Shown here piece by piece: positions 1-9,600 of a DNA stretch of 64,000 bases; the stretch's first letter is position 1, and each line of letters opens with the position of its first letter. The notes below the pieces were generated by a model that saw only the letters and a program-made list of their open reading frames with translations, was not told the origin of the DNA and made no database searches. Source of the stretch: Candidatus Poribacteria bacterium (GTDB lineage: Bacteria; Poribacteria; WGA-4E; WGA-3G). The position numbers were made by a program, and so were the translations under genes. The stretch lies in contig OZ240248.1 in NCBI GenBank assembly GCA_965198235.1, positions 2,336,001 to 2,400,000 on the forward strand. The letters run 5' to 3'.

Positions 1-66
1 AATCGCCAAGGGTGCTGTAAACCAAGCATTATACGAAACTATGAGATAATTCAGGAATTCTATCAT
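1..66 (-). CDS. N-terminal fragment of a hypothetical protein running off the window edge
   Basis: ATG at 66-64 preceded by AAAAGGGA; open frame MIEFLNYLIVSYNAWFTAPLAI to the edge; follows 78..458 on the same strand. Confidence 0.35.
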   Translation of the reverse strand, partial: MIEFLNYLIVSYNAWFTAPLAI

Positions 67-77
67 GGCATCCCTTT

Positions 78-458
78 TTATTTCCTGAGTTGCTTGGTGA
101 TGCACGTGTAGACATATCGTGCTGAACGGAAGTTGATATTATCGATCCAGTGAACATTACGTACGACACTAATTTCAAGTTTTGCTTGGCGGAGCAGCCG
201 GTGCTTGAAATGCCGAATTAGTTTGACATCACAGATGTCCGTGAATAATAGATTACATCGAACATTTGCGTAAGAGACAGTGAGACCGCCTATATATCGC
301 TCATCTAAGACCAGCACCCGACGCGACGTGATAAAAACAAAATCTGGACGCAGCAAACTGGAACGACCCAGGACGCACAAGCGGACGTGTTCATCCTCAC
401 ATATATGCGCTTGCACAATCTTTTGAATACGAGGTGGCATGTTCGCGAATTCAGCCAT
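78..458 (-). CDS. bacterial PH-domain-like protein
   Basis: 126 aa; 'EDEHV...FVFITSRRVLVLD' resembles the bacterial PH-domain TxxRl motif. Confidence 0.55.
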   Translation of the reverse strand: MAEFANMPPRIQKIVQAHICEDEHVRLCVLGRSSLLRPDFVFITSRRVLVLDERYIGGLTVSYANVRCNLLFTDICDVKLIRHFKHRLLRQAKLEISVVRNVHWIDNINFRSARYVYTCITKQLRK

Positions 459-510
459 GTTATTTTACAAGCAATGTGTTGCTGGTAAACACGGGATAAC
501 GCTGTAGAAA

Positions 511-861
511 TGGAGGTGGCGGGAATCGAACCCGCGTCCGAAGGCATTTCAATAGAGGCTACTACATGCTTATCACAGGTTTTAAGATTCGCCTATCAGA
601 CTCCCCTGTGCAGGATTCAGAATAGGCTATCTCAAAAAGTGTTTCGCGGCACGCCCCTTGAGAATGAGCGAGCGGCTAGCCCGTATTGCGGCGCTTTAGC
701 TCCCCTGACGGGCAACAGGTCGGCAAAGCGTAGCTACATTAAGCAGCTAATGCTAATTCTTCATCAGCATTTATAAATGTTCCGCCTATTTAACGAGGCC
801 TGCGGAGACCTCGGCATGCAACCTATATCTCATTTACCTTCGTCGAAACCTGTACACCCCC
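511..861 (-). ncRNA. ssrA: tmRNA; tag reading frame 768-739 encodes ADEELALAA*
   Basis: 5' GGGGGTGTACAGGTTTCGAC and 3' GACGCGGGTTCGATTCCCGCCACCTCCA form an Ala acceptor stem with G3.U70; tag ends LAA-stop; directly downstream of smpB. Confidence 0.97.
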
Positions 862-928
862 GAATTGTAATTTTACGGATGGCAACCGCATCAGTACCAT
901 TTGCGACTGGCGGTTTTTCAGAACGTTG

Positions 929-1387
929 TTAATTGTATGCCCGCATCTCACTTGCAGTCGCTTCACGCTCAATTTTGTCGCGTTTATCGTAAAGTTGCTT
1001 ACCCATAGCAACGGCTAACTCCAGTTTTACCTTGCCGTTGCTAAAATACGCACGCGTCGGAACGATAGTCATCCCCTTTGAACGGATTGAGCGTTCAAGT
1101 TTGATGATTTCTCGCCGATGCAATAAAAGTTTCCGTTTCCGCTTCGGCTCGTGATTTGCTATATTCCCATGTTCATAAGGACCGATGTGGGCATCGATCA
1201 GGAACACTTCTCCATCTGTTATCTGTGCGTAACTATCTGTCAGGTTAAACCGTCCGGCGCGAATTGCCTTCACTTCTGTGCCTTGCAGGACGACCCCGGC
1301 TTCATAGCGATCGCGTAGGTGATAGTCATACCGCGCTTTTCGATTCACAGTAATCACTGGAGTTGTGGAATTTTTGGCACTTTTCAT
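929..1387 (-). CDS. smpB: SsrA-binding protein SmpB
   Basis: NRKARYDY, EAGVVLQGTEVKAIR, RKLLLHRREI, GKQLYDKR motifs; start moved to MKSAK. Confidence 0.97.
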   Translation of the reverse strand: MKSAKNSTTPVITVNRKARYDYHLRDRYEAGVVLQGTEVKAIRAGRFNLTDSYAQITDGEVFLIDAHIGPYEHGNIANHEPKRKRKLLLHRREIIKLERSIRSKGMTIVPTRAYFSNGKVKLELAVAMGKQLYDKRDKIEREATASEMRAYN

Positions 1388-1867
1388 CGTGGTGTTAAGT
1401 ATAACATAGAATTGACTTATGTGCAAGAAAAACTTCAGGAATTATAGTACTGTTTGATTTCCAGTACTCTGTGTGATCTGGTCGAAATATATTGATTGAG
1501 AGGCCGCTCTTACAGCGAAAATATTTTCATCGCAGAAGCTGGAAAGTCTTTGAAGCACTGAGTTGAACGATATGATTGGCTAATTTCCTTAAAGATGTTA
1601 CACTAATGTGAAATTGAGGGCAAACTAATTTGTTTTTCTTGACAAGGATACAACTATCTCATAGACATAGGCAGAAAACGGTAGGCACTCCAATAAGGTT
1701 GACCAAAAATAGTGCCCTCGTCAAAAATATGAAGTTTTTTCGCGAAATCGGATTTTAGTGGAAAACGGCACACAGATCTGATAAACTATACTATAATACC
1801 ACGTTGTTGGGAAAACCAAGGCATTGTGCCTCGGTATACCCGCAGAACTCAGGAAAGGAGTCTCTTG

Positions 1868-3157
1868 ATGCCAGAACTTTACGACACCCGTGCACCGAAT
1901 CCGCCCTCACGTGCGATATTGATAGGGATAAAACTCCGAGATAACTTGATGCACGAAACCGAGGAATCGCTACAAGAACTCCATCAACTCGCGGAGACTG
2001 CTGGCATTGAAGTCGTCTATGAGTCCATTCAATCGCGTAATATGCCGAAGCCAACCTATTTCATTGGCGAAGGAAAAGTTGAAGAACTCAAACCGCTCGT
2101 TGAAGAACTTGACGCAGACGCGATTATCTTTGACGAAGAACTATCACCAGCGCAGAATCGGAATCTTGAGAGGGCACTTGAAGTCGCTACAATTGACCGG
2201 ACGGGACTTATTCTTCAGGTTTTTGCCCAACGGGCACTCACCAGAGAAGCGCGCCTACAAGTAGCATTGGCGCAACTCGAATATGCACTTCCACGCCTCA
2301 CTCGGATGTGGACACACCTTTCACGACTTGCGACGGGTGGAGGCGGCGGCAGACACCTCCGGGGTCCCGGTGAAACCCAACTTGAAATGGACAGACGCTG
2401 GGTCCGTAGGAACATCGGACATGTCAGAAAAGCACTTGAATCCGTTGAAAAGCAGCGTCAGACTCAGCGGCGAAATCGGTCTGAGAAAATCAAAGTGTCT
2501 CTCGTCGGATACACCAATGCAGGGAAATCAACGCTATTCAACGTCCTGACGGGCGAAACCGTTTTGGCTGAAGATAAATTGTTCGCAACTTTAGATTCTA
2601 CCACGCGGAAGGTGGATTTGCCGCAAAAGCAACAAATTCTGTTGAGCGATACCGTCGGATTTATCAAGAAGTTGCCACACCAGTTGGTTGCCGCATTCAA
2701 GGCTACGCTCGAAGAAGTCTTAGAAGCAGATCTTTTGCTTCATGTTATTGATGTGAGCCATCCAGAAGCAGAGGCACAGATAGCCGCTGTGAATGTAGTC
2801 CTTGAAGAATTGAATGCTACCGACCTTCCGATGTTCATGGTTTTCAATAAAATTGATAGGCTCAAAAATGATGAGGAATTACATATCTTACAGTGCCAAT
2901 ATCCGGATGCTTTGCCTATCTCAGCGCAACGCGGCGACGGCATTCCAGCGTTAATAGATGCTTTGGCGCATCGTTTTGCTGAACGTGGCACGGATCTCTC
3001 TCTCTGTATTCCGTATACAGAGGGGAAGGTGCTCGGCTTACTGCATAAGCACGGCATAGTGCTTGATACTGAATACGCAGCGGAAGCCGTTCACGTCAAG
3101 GCACGCTTGCCGAACCGCTATCTCAAATCGGTCTCTCAATTTTTGGTTTCTTCCTAA
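1868..3157 (+). CDS. hflX: GTPase HflX
   Basis: RGPGETQLEMDRR, GYTNAGKST, LFATLD, DTVGFI, NKID; start at ATG 1868 after GAAAGGAG. Confidence 0.97.
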   Translation: MPELYDTRAPNPPSRAILIGIKLRDNLMHETEESLQELHQLAETAGIEVVYESIQSRNMPKPTYFIGEGKVEELKPLVEELDADAIIFDEELSPAQNRNLERALEVATIDRTGLILQVFAQRALTREARLQVALAQLEYALPRLTRMWTHLSRLATGGGGGRHLRGPGETQLEMDRRWVRRNIGHVRKALESVEKQRQTQRRNRSEKIKVSLVGYTNAGKSTLFNVLTGETVLAEDKLFATLDSTTRKVDLPQKQQILLSDTVGFIKKLPHQLVAAFKATLEEVLEADLLLHVIDVSHPEAEAQIAAVNVVLEELNATDLPMFMVFNKIDRLKNDEELHILQCQYPDALPISAQRGDGIPALIDALAHRFAERGTDLSLCIPYTEGKVLGLLHKHGIVLDTEYAAEAVHVKARLPNRYLKSVSQFLVSS

Positions 3158-3165
3158 AAAAGGCA

Positions 3166-3423
3166 TTGACAATGCGATGGCTCGACCAGACTGACATCGG
3201 TCACGACTTACAAATCTGTCCGGATTGTGACAGAGAGTACGAAGTGCTTGACCAGTTTTTGGGGAATCCATCGGGCGATCGCTCGGACGACAATTTGATT
3301 GATACCGTGTTCAACGACGCTTATTATGTCGCTATTCGGTGTCCACAATGTCTCGAAACTCGACACCTCTGCATACAATCTCTAACAGCCACGCAATTTC
3401 ACATCGAAAAGGAGAGGAAATGA
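3166..3423 (+). CDS. small hypothetical protein with two CxxC pairs (possible zinc ribbon)
   Basis: CPDC...CPQC; fills the gap between hflX and the next gene with an ATGA overlap; start may be ATG 3172. Confidence 0.6.
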   Translation: MTMRWLDQTDIGHDLQICPDCDREYEVLDQFLGNPSGDRSDDNLIDTVFNDAYYVAIRCPQCLETRHLCIQSLTATQFHIEKERK

Positions 3424-4211
3424 AGATAGGCGTTACCCAAATTATCCTTGGGGGTATGTCCCTGAACGATACGCTTTCGCTCTGTCAAGATGCCGGTTAC
3501 GATGCCGTTGAACTCACTTTCGGTGAAGGGCAAGACACCGACATCAATATGAGCGATACGGAGTTACGCGGCATTGCCGCTAAGTGTGAAAACGCAGGTA
3601 TTGAAATCAGCAGTATCACGGCGGGCTACGCTGACCGCGGGAATTTGCTCAGCTTGGATGCAACGCAACGCGAAAAAGGTGAAGTCTCTCTTGCTCGCGG
3701 TTTGGAAGTCGCGGATGCACTCGGTGTCGGTGGCATTTTACTGCATCCCGGACAGCTCACTGCTGAGGGAACTTACCAACAGGTCTGGGATAACCTCGTT
3801 GGTGTGCTGAAAGATCTCGCGCCTTCCACGGAAGCGCACCAAGTTGCAATCGGGCTTGAGAACGTCTGGAACAAATTCCTACTCAGTCCGAAAGAGATGC
3901 GTGATATTATAGACGAAATAGACAGCGATTGGGTAGGCACCTATCTTGATACTGCGAATATGATGGCTTATGGTTACCCAGAGCATTGGATTCGTGAACT
4001 GGGGCATCGTATCAAGCGGGTGCACTTCAAGGATTTCTCCCGCGGTGCACACCAGTTTGTTAACCTCTTAGATGGTGATACCGATTGGCAAGTAGTCATG
4101 GAGGCATTTCGTGCTATCGGCTACGATGGCTATGTTATCCACGAAGTCGGCGGCGACAGAGAAGCACAAATCGACCTCGCGAAGCGGATGCGTGAAATCG
4201 TTGCGATGTAA
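3420..4211 (+). CDS. sugar phosphate isomerase/epimerase family (xylose isomerase-like TIM barrel)
   Basis: AGYDAVEL, LENVWNKFL, YLDTAN, VHFKDF motifs; start after GGAGAGG. Confidence 0.88.
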   Translation: MKIGVTQIILGGMSLNDTLSLCQDAGYDAVELTFGEGQDTDINMSDTELRGIAAKCENAGIEISSITAGYADRGNLLSLDATQREKGEVSLARGLEVADALGVGGILLHPGQLTAEGTYQQVWDNLVGVLKDLAPSTEAHQVAIGLENVWNKFLLSPKEMRDIIDEIDSDWVGTYLDTANMMAYGYPEHWIRELGHRIKRVHFKDFSRGAHQFVNLLDGDTDWQVVMEAFRAIGYDGYVIHEVGGDREAQIDLAKRMREIVAM

Positions 4212-4223
4212 TCGGAACAGAGA

Positions 4224-4252
4224 AGGCGATGGCTTATGAGAAACCATCGCCT
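4224..4252. terminator. hairpin between convergent gene and tRNA
   Basis: AGGCGATGG...CCATCGCCT 9-bp inverted repeat; no clear U-tract. Confidence 0.45.
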
Positions 4253-4254
4253 CA

Positions 4255-4339
4255 TGCCGGAGGTCGGACTCGAACCGACATGGACCTAGGGCCCGCGGGA
4301 TTTTGAGTCCCGTGCGTCTACCAATTTCACCACTCCGGC
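4255..4339 (-). tRNA. tRNA-Leu(CAA)
   Basis: GCCGGAGTGGTGAAATTGGTAGACGCACGGGACTCAAAATCCCG...GGTTCGAGTCCGACCTCCGGCA; long variable arm; CCA not encoded. Confidence 0.97.
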
Positions 4340-4361
4340 GACTCTACTATTGGCAAGATAT

Positions 4362-4390
4362 ATTATACAATATTTTCGGTGGAAAGTCAA
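4362..4390 (-). promoter_or_regulatory. sigma70 promoter for tRNA-Leu
   Basis: TTGACT-17 bp-TATAAT on the minus strand just upstream of the tRNA. Confidence 0.7.
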
Positions 4391-4416
4391 ATTTGCGCCA
4401 AGCAGCCTTAGAAATC

Positions 4417-5268
4417 ATGGCGAACGAACAACGAAACCTTGCATCTCAAAATATGTTCCAACGCTTCTTTGTCGTTGCACAGGCTCTTCTGGGTCAAGTG
4501 CGTGAAAAGGGGACATGGCAGACTTTATGGAACTGGGGGCTTTGGCGAATTATGCCCAAACGCCGACGTATCTTCAAATTGATACGCGAACTCCAACCCC
4601 TTGATCCAAACGCCCCGGCTGAAATGCGAGCAGTCCGTGATGAAGTCTTCGCAAAAAGTTGTTTAGAACTGCAACACACCGAAGAAGCACGGATCCTCTT
4701 GGACATCCTTGGACATGCGCGACAACCGCTTGGGTGTGAACAAATCTTTTTCGCAGCAATCTATCCGGTTTTAATTAAACGCGACATGGAGGCAATCCCG
4801 ATTCTGACTAAAGCCAGACATCGGCTCGATGTAGAGATTGGCTATCTCGGACACAATGAGGATTATTTTTTTTGGGTGTTCGAGATTGATGGCACAAAGC
4901 GTCTCAGCCTCGACACACCGCTCGACCCGAGGCTGGAAATGCGAGACGATAAACGCTACGTGGTCTATCCGCTCGGCAGTACTGGACTTGTCGATACCGA
5001 CTATGCCGAGTACGCCGAACAGTGGCTCCTTGACTCACCTCGTTTAACAATAGCACTTCCGTTGCTTGCCGCCGCGTATGCGGAACAGTGGATCCTTAAC
5101 GCACGCGTCTACTTTTCACACATTCTCAAAGATTTGAAAAAACGGAATTATCAGGTTACAGCAACGGCAATACCCGATTTTGAACGGGCGCGGTTGTCAC
5201 TTTTACGCCGTCTCTCCCTGGACCGGCTAAGAAAACGTCAATTTCTGTCCGAACGCCGAAATCGGTAA
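4417..5268 (+). CDS. hypothetical protein
   Basis: long ORF with no recognised motif; start moved downstream of the tRNA; 3' end overlaps the convergent peptidase by 113 bp. Confidence 0.65.
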   Translation: MANEQRNLASQNMFQRFFVVAQALLGQVREKGTWQTLWNWGLWRIMPKRRRIFKLIRELQPLDPNAPAEMRAVRDEVFAKSCLELQHTEEARILLDILGHARQPLGCEQIFFAAIYPVLIKRDMEAIPILTKARHRLDVEIGYLGHNEDYFFWVFEIDGTKRLSLDTPLDPRLEMRDDKRYVVYPLGSTGLVDTDYAEYAEQWLLDSPRLTIALPLLAAAYAEQWILNARVYFSHILKDLKKRNYQVTATAIPDFERARLSLLRRLSLDRLRKRQFLSERRNR

Positions 5269-6337
5269 GGTAGATACCCGGCTCAATCGAGAAACAGATC
5301 CCAGAAATCAACGCACGCGCATCACGCGTCTCTAAATTGTCTAAATTCACACCGTTCCCGTGGATAACAGTGCCGATGTTGTGTCCAGTGCGGTGAATAA
5401 AGAATTCACCATATCCTTTTTCGGTGATATACGCTCGGACACAGTCGTCCACTTCGTAACCGTGAATAGGTTCATCGACAGCCCATTTCTCACGGATAAG
5501 CCGCACCGCTCTATCCCGTGCTTCCTTGACAATATCGAAAATTTCAACATATCTCGCCGGAACCGTTTTATCCGCATAAGCCACCCATGTCGTATCTGCA
5601 AAAACCGCATCCGGATCTTTCTGTTTTGCCCATAAATCGATTAAGATAAAGTCCCCCGTTTTAATCTCTTGAGTGTCTGTTGAAGTAGGGGCGTAATGCG
5701 GGTCGCTGCTCTTCGCGTTCGCAGCGACGATAGGCGGATGATCCGTAACTAAATCCATCTCATCGAATTGCCCGAGAATCACTTGCTGAACATCATATTC
5801 CGTGATTGTTTTCCCATCACGCAGTTGTGAACCAATCCACGCGAAGGCATAGTCTTTCGCCTGCAGCACTAAGCGTGCGGAAGCCTGATGCCCGGTTGCC
5901 TGTGTCTCGCTCAGACGCGCTTCTATCCGCTGTGCGAGTTCCGCAGACGTGTGCACCTCAACTCCCATCGCACGAATCCACTCCAAGGTGCCGGCATCTA
6001 CCCGTGAGATATAAGGGATCTCGGCGTTTGGCGAATACTCCATTGCAACGGTTTTAACGCCAGCGAGTAAGGAGCGAATTGCTTCGTTAAGTTCTTCCCA
6101 GCCAGCGTAAAGCGCGACGTTTCCTTGTACACCGACGAAGTTGGATGTCTCAATCTTATGGATCAGCCACCGCGGTTCACCGTGTGCAGGGATGAGACAG
6201 AACCATCGGCGTGTTATGTGTGCCTCTGCCAAGCCTGCTACGTTTTGTGCAATCGGGTTTATCCCACGGAAATCGTATAGGAGCCAGGCATCTAATCCTG
6301 ACGCTGCTAATTCAGCTTGAATCTCTTTTATTTTCAT
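5156..6337 (-). CDS. M24 family metallopeptidase (Xaa-Pro aminopeptidase-like)
   Basis: DPHY, LIDLW, ADTTW, HRTGH, FSIEPGIY, GVRTE metal-ligand motifs. Confidence 0.92.
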   Translation of the reverse strand: MKIKEIQAELAASGLDAWLLYDFRGINPIAQNVAGLAEAHITRRWFCLIPAHGEPRWLIHKIETSNFVGVQGNVALYAGWEELNEAIRSLLAGVKTVAMEYSPNAEIPYISRVDAGTLEWIRAMGVEVHTSAELAQRIEARLSETQATGHQASARLVLQAKDYAFAWIGSQLRDGKTITEYDVQQVILGQFDEMDLVTDHPPIVAANAKSSDPHYAPTSTDTQEIKTGDFILIDLWAKQKDPDAVFADTTWVAYADKTVPARYVEIFDIVKEARDRAVRLIREKWAVDEPIHGYEVDDCVRAYITEKGYGEFFIHRTGHNIGTVIHGNGVNLDNLETRDARALISGICFSIEPGIYLTDFGVRTEIDVFLAGPGRDGVKVTTAPVQNRVLPLL

Positions 6338-6342
6338 GTCCG

Positions 6343-6549
6343 TCAAAGTTTCCCTTCTTTTTTTAAGTCAGATCGAATTTCTTGATAGTCCCGGAAATCT
6401 GTCTCGATTTCAATTGCTGAATCCATCTCTAAGATGTCCTCTAAATCCTCAAGACACTTTATGAGAAAGTCGTACTCTTTCATTGTGAGAACAGCAGCGG
6501 TTTTCTCTCCTTTGTCATCAACAATATATTTCGGATTGATAGTAAGCAT
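6343..6549 (-). CDS. putative type II antitoxin (no adjacent toxin)
   Basis: 68 aa acidic protein; 'YIVDDKGEKTAAVL...EY...LEDLED' pattern typical of small antitoxins. Confidence 0.55.
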   Translation of the reverse strand: MLTINPKYIVDDKGEKTAAVLTMKEYDFLIKCLEDLEDILEMDSAIEIETDFRDYQEIRSDLKKEGKL

Positions 6550-6625
6550 GAAAACTCTCCTATCGCTAATCTATCGCAAGTGTGGAACGTTATAATGTCT
6601 TTTTTTAAAGATGGGCAAGATAAAC

Positions 6626-9600
6626 TTAACGGAAAACCTCATCAAGCCTCCAAACGAGTTTAAGCGCATCTGACCAACCCGTTTTCGCAAACATATCCAA
6701 TAGATTCAGTAGGTCCTTCAAACATTCTTCATCATTCCGCACTTCGTGTCGGTAGTCGGCAAGGACAATTTCGACGAATTCGACGACATCCCGCACCGCA
6801 AGCCCATCAAGATTATAACCAAACCGTTCGCTTGACCGCACGACTCCCGCTGCTAAATGCAAAACCTCTTTGGGATTGCAGCTGAGGAAACTCGTTAAAA
6901 GTTGCATGAAATAGTGTGCTGTTGGTGCGAACATAATCCCGTTTTCTGAATCCTGCGCGAAAGTAATAATTTGTTCCATCAATGGCTTGACTTCACTATA
7001 AAAGCGATAGCGCAACTCGTAGGGAATTTCCTCGACTGGTTGCTCAGACTTATCCTTTTTGTACGCAACCGTAAAGTAAAGACGCATTATCACTTCATCA
7101 ATAACTTTGTAGGTGTCGTGTAGTTTTTTCACTACTTCCTCGCTCTCATTTGCCTTAATGATGCTGGACATTCCCTTAATCTGACCGGAAACTGTAGTAA
7201 TTACTTCGCTTACCGTTGCAATGGCTCGTTTAACTATTTCGAGTCTGTCAGGTGCTTCAAGATGTTTCGGTACAACGTAATTTTCCATGACATGAGACAC
7301 AGCACGAGCCAAGAGGTTGGCGAACCGAATTGGGTCTTTGAGAAAGGTATCTTCAATCGTTTTCAGTGCCCATGAATTTTCACGGTTGATTGCCAATCCC
7401 ATCAATAGAGAGATAAACGGATCAGATGCCCCGAGTATTCTTGATGGCAAAGGTGTATGCTGAAGTAACTTCGCCATAATTTGGGCTATCTTGTCTTCAT
7501 TCTCTTTTCGGTGTCCGACTACTGAGGTCAACGCAGCATAGAGAGGTTCTTGTACGATGTGATTCCGCTCATGCATTGCTCTATTGTCCATGATGTGCCA
7601 GAATCTTTCTGAATTTGTGTTATAAACGCGGAACAACTCCATCGCTGTTACCATCCGGACAGATGGCACAGGGTCACTCGCAAGCGTTTCAATTGCATCT
7701 AACATTTCCGCGTCAGATTGGTGAAACGCGAGTCTCAGTAACCCAGCCGCGGCTTCATGTCGTGGGAATGGGGAATAACCTGGAGAATTGAACTGGTTAT
7801 CGTATCTGGGGTTTGGTTCGGGATTTTCATGTTTCGCTCCATCCAGAAGCACTCGTCGACAAAAAGTGAATGATTCACTTTCAAGATTATTAGCAACTCG
7901 CCCGAGGATCGCCACGCAAGCAGTCAATTTATGCCAGAGGGAATCAATTACTTCTTTATTCACTTCCGTGTCGCTCTTTAAAACAGCGTATGCTTCCTGT
8001 AACTGCGGTAAAATTAACTCGGAGACTTCCACAGTCGGTTTGCCATTTTGCCAATCCGAACTGAATTTATTGAGAGGTCCAGAAAAACGTTGTAATGCTT
8101 GATTTTCAGGCGTAGTCGTGTCAACGCCCTGTCTTTGGAAGTGCTCTTCTTCAGTATATTCTGACCAAGTGACGGGCCCAACGCTCACCAGTGGTCGATT
8201 CTCCGGGACATCGTTTTCACGTGCCATTCCCTCTCGAATTTTCTTCGCCGCATCAGTACGTAACAAATTCTGCGGAATCTGTACAAGGAGCCGATTTCTC
8301 TGCCTTTCAAGAAGGTTGCGGTGATCCTCGTCGGTTGCTTCTGTGGGATATACTAAGATGCTTTCTTCAATCTGACGAAGCTGGTCTGGCATAAACTCAA
8401 CCGCAGTAGTTTCTAAAAACAGACCGAGTTCGTAAAAGGTTTCCGGATACCTTTGTATTGGTTCTGCGATGCAAAGTTCAAAAAGACGAGGTGCGAAAAC
8501 CTTGGGAAACTGTGCGGCTGTCTTCAAAAGCCGTTTCCAGAAGAATGCAACCACCACTTCATCACGGAAAACATCAAGCAGTATATCAAGACACGGATCT
8601 TCCGACATCGCCAATTCCCTGATGAATTCAAACAGGGCATCTGCCATCTCAATTGGCTCATCTGGATATTCCCGTTGATCCCAGATGTAACTGCTGTCTT
8701 CCACAAAATAAACGAGTTTTCCGCGAAAATTGAATGTATCTATCAAATCTTCAGGTGTCACACCTTCTTTAAGATATCCGATGATATGCTCTTTAACAAT
8801 AAAGGCGTTCAAACTTCGGATTGCCGCTTGTGTTGCAGGTAATGGTGCCGCTCGCAGAAAATCAGGGAAATGCTTTATCAACCGATAGTAGCACAGACCG
8901 TAATCTTGGCGACGAGTACTCGTCATAGGTAGAACGCTGCTACTACTACTGAAACTTGTCTTCAGATCGCTGAATTCCTGGTGCTTAAACACGGTGGAAT
9001 AGGTTAAAGTAACAAACTCTGGGTCGTGATCCCAAATGTCATCAACATGATCAGTCAGCCACGACAGAAAATCTATCGGGAAATTATCTTCCTGCGGTAG
9101 TTCAAGAACCTTTTCGAGAAGTGCGCGAGATTCCTCAATATTTGTGTGGTATGTTTTGGCAACGAGTGGGACTGCCCAACAACCACCCAGTCGATTATAC
9201 CAATCGCCTTCACTCGTCTCTCTCTTTTGCCATACCCATTCAAGGAACCGCCGTCCAATCTGACCACAAGTGTCTATTACATCCGAGTTTTTAGTCTTTA
9301 TTGCGCGTCCCAGAATATCCGAAGTGAGTGTTGCTAAATCCCAAGCGAAATCACTGTGCAAGTCTGCTGAAATTTGGTCGAAAAAATCAATCCAGACCGC
9401 GTCACGCTCAATTTGCAGCGTCCGAAGTGCTTGAAAAAGCCGCTTTATTGCCTCGTTTGCGATGTCTTCTCCGTTTTGTAACTCCTCTAAAAGTGGTGTT
9501 AGTTGGTCAACCACACGTGCTTCATTTGCAATGACGCTTGTCGGAATCAAACGAGCGACGAGACGCAAATGGACAGATTGATAGCATGGTAAAATATACC

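Noticed and set aside
305-1011. ORFs 305..547, 510..776 and 823..1011
   Set aside because: Shadow frames over the tmRNA and smpB
511-4339. Prophage or integrative element at tmRNA or tRNA-Leu
   Set aside because: No integrase and no duplicated 3' end seen in the window
4303-4416. N-terminal extension of the ORF 4303..5268
   Set aside because: Overlaps the tRNA and its promoter; ATG 4417 is more plausible
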